Shown here: one piece after another, positions 60,072 to 64,000 of the stretch
Numbering within the stretch: position 1 is the first letter of the stretch
Layout of the letters: every line of letters starts with the position of its first letter
From: Candidatus Bathyarchaeia archaeon
GTDB taxonomy: Archaea; Thermoproteota; Bathyarchaeia; Bathyarchaeales; Bathycorpusculaceae
Direction: 5' to 3'
Assembly (NCBI GenBank): GCA_049969855.1
Contig: JBMFOB010000002.1
Coordinates: 1 to 64,000 of the forward strand
DNA: 64,000 nucleotides
Made by a program: the position numbers and the translations under genes
The notes under the pieces: model-generated
What the model was told of the DNA's origin: nothing
Databases searched by the model: none
What the model saw: the letters and a program-made list of their open reading frames with translations, nothing else

Positions 60072-61154
60072 TCATTTCAAAACGATCTTCCTATCCCTAT
60101 AAAGAATCCTGATTCCTCTGGAATCCGTTACAAAGCCTATCGGTTCAACTTGTACACCATTTTTCTCCAAGACATCTATTGCCTTGTCCTCATCCTCTTT
60201 GTCAACCACCACCGCAAAACCCCATCCCATGTTAAACGTCTTAAACATCTCCTCATCCGTTATTTTTCCACCCAATTCCGAAGCGGTTTTCTGAATTAAC
60301 TCAAAAATCGGCTGCGGTTTGAAATTGTCAAACTTGAAACCTATACCCTTCGAAAACTCCGTCAACCTATCAAATTTTAAATATGCATCGCCAGTAATGT
60401 GCACCGCAGCCCTAACCCTAACCTCTTCAGCAACCCTAAGCAATGGCGTAACATATATCCTAGTAGGTTCCAAAACTTCGTAAACAACTTCCCTATTCAA
60501 TCCCTCTGGAACATCGTAAGGCTCATATTTTCCACCCCAACGCTTAAAAAGAACTTTCCTCGCCAAAGAAACACCATTACTGTGAATTCCAGAACTTCTC
60601 AATCCAACAACAACATCGCCAGCCTTTATGTCTCTTCCATAAATTATTTTCTCACCAGAAACCACCCCAATAGCTGCCACAACCAAGTCAAACCCTTTAC
60701 CCTCCACCAAACCCTTCACTACCTCGGCAACATCACCAATCTCCCCACTAGGCACAACGCATCCAGCCTCAACAGCCCCTTTGGCTATTCCCTTCAACAA
60801 TTCCCTAATTAAGCTCGGATCAGAAACTTGAGCGTGAATGTTATCTGCAACCGCCAAAGGCTTAGCTCCAGACCTAATAACGTCATTAACAGCCATAGCA
60901 ACGCCATCAACACCTATCGTATTGTATTTTCCAGCCAACTGCGCAACAAGAACCTTAGTGCCCACACCCTCAATAACCAAATCCAAAAAACGCCCATTCT
61001 CCAAGGGAAAAATGTTTCCATAAGGAAGCTTAACAACTCTACCATAACAACTAAACTTATAAGTTTCCATTAAAATCCGCAAAGCCCCCTTAGATTGGCT
61101 TCTAAGTCTTCTGTTAACGCCAGCTTGAGCATACGTGATTTTTTTAACCATCAT
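60072..61154 (-). CDS. purM: AIR synthase PurM
   Basis: TYAQAGV, EGVGTK, AM.VND, SSGIHSNG.SL.RK, HITG, TFNMG.G; start 61154 (ORF track 61337). Confidence 0.94.
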   Translation of the reverse strand: MMVKKITYAQAGVNRRLRSQSKGALRILMETYKFSCYGRVVKLPYGNIFPLENGRFLDLVIEGVGTKVLVAQLAGKYNTIGVDGVAMAVNDVIRSGAKPLAVADNIHAQVSDPSLIRELLKGIAKGAVEAGCVVPSGEIGDVAEVVKGLVEGKGFDLVVAAIGVVSGEKIIYGRDIKAGDVVVGLRSSGIHSNGVSLARKVLFKRWGGKYEPYDVPEGLNREVVYEVLEPTRIYVTPLLRVAEEVRVRAAVHITGDAYLKFDRLTEFSKGIGFKFDNFKPQPIFELIQKTASELGGKITDEEMFKTFNMGWGFAVVVDKEDEDKAIDVLEKNGVQVEPIGFVTDSRGIRILYRDRKIVLK

Positions 61155-61312
61155 TTTTGGTGCTCCTCCATTAATTAATAAATGACCAATTAACATACGA
61201 TGGCTTAGAAAATAACGTTTTTGGGACAGTTCACCATGAATTACAAACTTATTGAACATGGTAAGAAAAATTTTTATTCTAATTAAACAATAATTGGTTT
61301 TGAAGGAGAAGT

Positions 61313-61606
61313 ATGCTGAACTTAATATATTCTTCATATTCTCTTCTAAATGCTTTCAAATACAGAGATAGAATGACTATAATTGGAGATATCTTAAAGA
61401 GTATTAAAGAGTCCAGAAATGGAAGGAAACTGTCTCAAATAATGCAGAGTGCAAACCTAAACTACATTCAGACAAAAAAGTATTTGAATTATCTCCTTAA
61501 CTGCGGTTTCCTTGTAGTTACTGAAAAGGAAACGTACACTATAACAAGTAATGGTTTAAAGTTTTTGCAGTTTGTCGAAATACAAAGAATACACATGATA
61601 CGCTAA
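61313..61606 (+). CDS. Winged-helix (ArnR1/HTH_45-like) regulator
   Basis: YRDR..II.DIL, IMQSANLN...KKYL..L...G, Y.IT..G..FL. Confidence 0.8.
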   Translation: MLNLIYSSYSLLNAFKYRDRMTIIGDILKSIKESRNGRKLSQIMQSANLNYIQTKKYLNYLLNCGFLVVTEKETYTITSNGLKFLQFVEIQRIHMIR

Positions 61607-61687
61607 TTATGTTATCTAAAATAAAATGTCAAATTTCAGCGAAGATGATTAAACTTAATTATTTTTAACCATCTTTTATATCTTGAT

Positions 61688-61764
61688 GCGGTCGTAGTCT
61701 AGTTTGGTTAGGACATCAGCCTCCCACGCTGACGACCCGGGTTCAAATCCCGGCGACCGCACCA
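61688..61764 (+). tRNA. tRNA-Gly (CCC)
   Basis: GCGGTCG/CGACCGC acceptor stem, TCAGC-CTCCCAC-GCTGA anticodon arm, CCGGG-TTCAAAT-CCCGG T arm, encoded CCA. Confidence 0.96.
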
Positions 61765-61839
61765 AAGCTAATTGGTTAATGCCATGTCGTGGTTGTTGTT
61801 TTTCAAAAATGAAGCTTATTAAAGGATGGAATTTGGTTT

Positions 61840-64000
61840 TTAGGCTTCTTCGTAGAATTCTTCTGGTTTTGGTGGTGTTGGGCTTAGGCCTCTGCGTTTG
61901 CGTATTTGGGCTATTATTTCTGTTTGCATTGATTCTGGAACTGGGGCCCATCGGCTGAATTGTGTTGCCCAGAAGGCTCTTCCTTGGGTTGATGAGCGTA
62001 GTTCGTCTGCTAGTCCGAAGGATTCGGCTACTGGCATTTCGGCTTTTATGATTACCATGTCTTCTTCGTTTGTCATGTCTAATATTTTTCCTCGGCGTTT
62101 TTGTACTATGGCAATGACGTTGCTTACGAATTGGTTTGGAACTTTGCATTCAAAGTTTAGGATTGGTTCTAGAAGTTTCGGGTCGCTTAGGAGGAAACAG
62201 CACCATATTGGACGCCATGTCATTGGGAGTATCTGGGCTGGGCCTCTGTGGACTGGGTCTTCGTGGACTAGTATGTCTTCTAAGTTAACTTTTAATCCGT
62301 AGGCTGGTTCTTTTGCTAAAACTGATGTGTAGACGGCTTCGCGGAAGCCTGATTTTACGTGGTCTATTATTTCTTCTACGTATTGTCTTCCTTTTATTCT
62401 GTTGACTAGTATGTTTGTGCCTTCTATGGCGATGACGTTGCGGGCGTCGTCGGTTGACCATCCGAACTGTTTTAGAATTTTTTGTCTTTCGTCTCGGGTT
62501 TGCATTTCGTTGATTTTTCCTGTTCTTATGGCTTCGATGACTTCTTCTGGTAGTTTTTCTATTGTTACCCATAGGCGGTTGTGTTTGTTTGGGCTTTTGC
62601 CCATTATGGGTGGTCCTTTGTAGTCGTGGCTTATTGTTTCGCGGTAGATTACTATGGGTTTGCTTATTTTGACTTTTAATCCTGCTTCTTGCATTCTGTA
62701 GGCTGTAACTTCTAGGTGGAGTTCGCCCATGCCGCTTAGGAGGTATTCTCCGCTTTCTTTGTTTATTATGAAGTGGAGGTTTGGGTCTTCCAGGGTTAGT
62801 TTGTGGATTACCTTGTCGAAGAGAGGCAAGTCTTTCACGTCTTCCGGTTCAACTGCAACAGTGACTACGGGGTCTGAAACATATTTTAGTCCTTCAAAGG
62901 GTTGGGTTTCTACGCCTTCTTCTGCTATGGTTTCGCCCACGTGGATTGATGGTAACCCTGATAATGCGGCTATGTTTCCAGCTGGGATTTCGTCTACGAT
63001 TACTCTGTCTGCGGCCATGCTCATGTAAACTTGCTGGATTGTTCCTTTTTGGCGACTGTTTACGAGGCTGACGGTTTTTCCCTTCTTGACTGTGCCGCTG
63101 AAAACTCTTCCTATGGCGATGACTCCGCTGTGAGGGTCCACTTCGATGGTTGTTATGCACATGAGGAGGGGTCCGTTTGGGTCAACTTTTGCCATGGCTT
63201 TGCCTACTGGACTGTTCACGTCTCCAGGCCATATTTGAGTTTGTCTGTATGGTTGTGCGTCTAGTGGGTTTGGCAAGTGTTCGCAGAACATGTCCAGTAT
63301 CGGCTCGTATAATGGTGCTTTTTTGCTTAGGGCATCCACCTTCTTTGCGATTTCGTCTGTTTCTCCTGCGTATGCGTCGATGATTTCTTGGAATGTTATG
63401 CCCTTTGCCTTCATGTGCGGTAGGTTTAGTCCCCATTTGTGGAGGGCTGAGCCGAAGGCTACTCTGCCATCTTCAACTTTGACTTGCCAATCTTTTTTGT
63501 GTTCTGGCGGCGCATATTTTTCTATGAGGTTGTTTATGCGTAGGATTATTTTTGCAAATTTTCTTTGGATTTCTTCTGGGGTTAGTTTTATCTCTTTTAT
63601 GAGTCTGTCAACTTTGTTTATGAAGAGAATTGGTTTAACCCTTTCTCGGAGGGCTTGCATCAGAACTGTTTCAGTCTGCGTCATTGGGCCTTCTACAGCG
63701 TCTACAACTACAAGTGCGCCGTCTACTGCGCGGAGGCTTCTCGTTACTGCTCCGCTGAAGTCTATGTGTCCAGGCGTGTCAATTAGGTTTATTAGGTGTT
63801 CTTTTCCGTTGTATGTGTGGACCATGCTTATGTTGGATGCGAAAACGGTCATCTGTCTTTTTTGCTCCAGTTCCCAACTGTCAAGGTAGAGTTGTTGTCC
63901 AGCTCTTTGTTCGCTTATTATTCCCGCCGCAGCTAAAAGGCTGTCTGAAAGTGTTGTTTTTCCATGGTCTACGTGGGCTATTATGCTTGTGTTTCTAATT
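61840..64000 (-). CDS. fusA: Translation elongation factor aEF-2, 5' end beyond the window
   Basis: IRNTSIIAHVDHGKTT at the window edge, INLIDTPGH.DF, NKVD, GMGELHLE, diphthamide loop HEDPVHRGPAQ. Confidence 0.97.
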   Translation of the reverse strand, partial: IRNTSIIAHVDHGKTTLSDSLLAAAGIISEQRAGQQLYLDSWELEQKRQMTVFASNISMVHTYNGKEHLINLIDTPGHIDFSGAVTRSLRAVDGALVVVDAVEGPMTQTETVLMQALRERVKPILFINKVDRLIKEIKLTPEEIQRKFAKIILRINNLIEKYAPPEHKKDWQVKVEDGRVAFGSALHKWGLNLPHMKAKGITFQEIIDAYAGETDEIAKKVDALSKKAPLYEPILDMFCEHLPNPLDAQPYRQTQIWPGDVNSPVGKAMAKVDPNGPLLMCITTIEVDPHSGVIAIGRVFSGTVKKGKTVSLVNSRQKGTIQQVYMSMAADRVIVDEIPAGNIAALSGLPSIHVGETIAEEGVETQPFEGLKYVSDPVVTVAVEPEDVKDLPLFDKVIHKLTLEDPNLHFIINKESGEYLLSGMGELHLEVTAYRMQEAGLKVKISKPIVIYRETISHDYKGPPIMGKSPNKHNRLWVTIEKLPEEVIEAIRTGKINEMQTRDERQKILKQFGWSTDDARNVIAIEGTNILVNRIKGRQYVEEIIDHVKSGFREAVYTSVLAKEPAYGLKVNLEDILVHEDPVHRGPAQILPMTWRPIWCCFLLSDPKLLEPILNFECKVPNQFVSNVIAIVQKRRGKILDMTNEEDMVIIKAEMPVAESFGLADELRSSTQGRAFWATQFSRWAPVPESMQTEIIAQIRKRRGLSPTPPKPEEFYEEA

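Noticed and set aside
61676-62149. ORFs spanning tRNA-Gly
   Set aside because: They overlap a well-formed tRNA and aEF-2, so they are spurious

Overview
Gene-dense archaeal chromosomal window. The gene content (FEN1, aEF-1beta, CDC48, archaeal MAT, L7Ae-S28e-L24e, L40e, Gar1, TFB, Alba, aEF-2, Ftr) and sequence style suggest a TACK archaeon, most likely Bathyarchaeia (inference). Main highlights: (1) a ~14 kb amino-acid/peptide island splits the usually adjacent Zn-ribbon (HVO_2753-like) and aEF-1beta genes; it holds an orphan GlmL/MutL-like ASKHA ATPase plus a barrel-sandwich protein, divergent from a DUF6754-type four-membrane-protein operon, and an APC permease / metallophosphoesterase / nucleotidyltransferase module. 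(2) A purine cluster (purF, purD, purM, purSLQ) lacks purN/purT but contains a tightly coupled, divergent Ftr-like formyltransferase with a HAD hydrolase and a PfkB kinase. (3) Several elements are missing from the ORF track: an initiator tRNA-Met with a BHB intron in the T-loop, tRNA-Gly(CCC), a C/D-box sRNA, rpl40e, a 16-aa Lys/Thr micro-ORF, a 54-bp hairpin repeat present twice in inverted orientation, and three apparent single-base gene lesions. All family assignments come from motif recognition by eye, not database searches.
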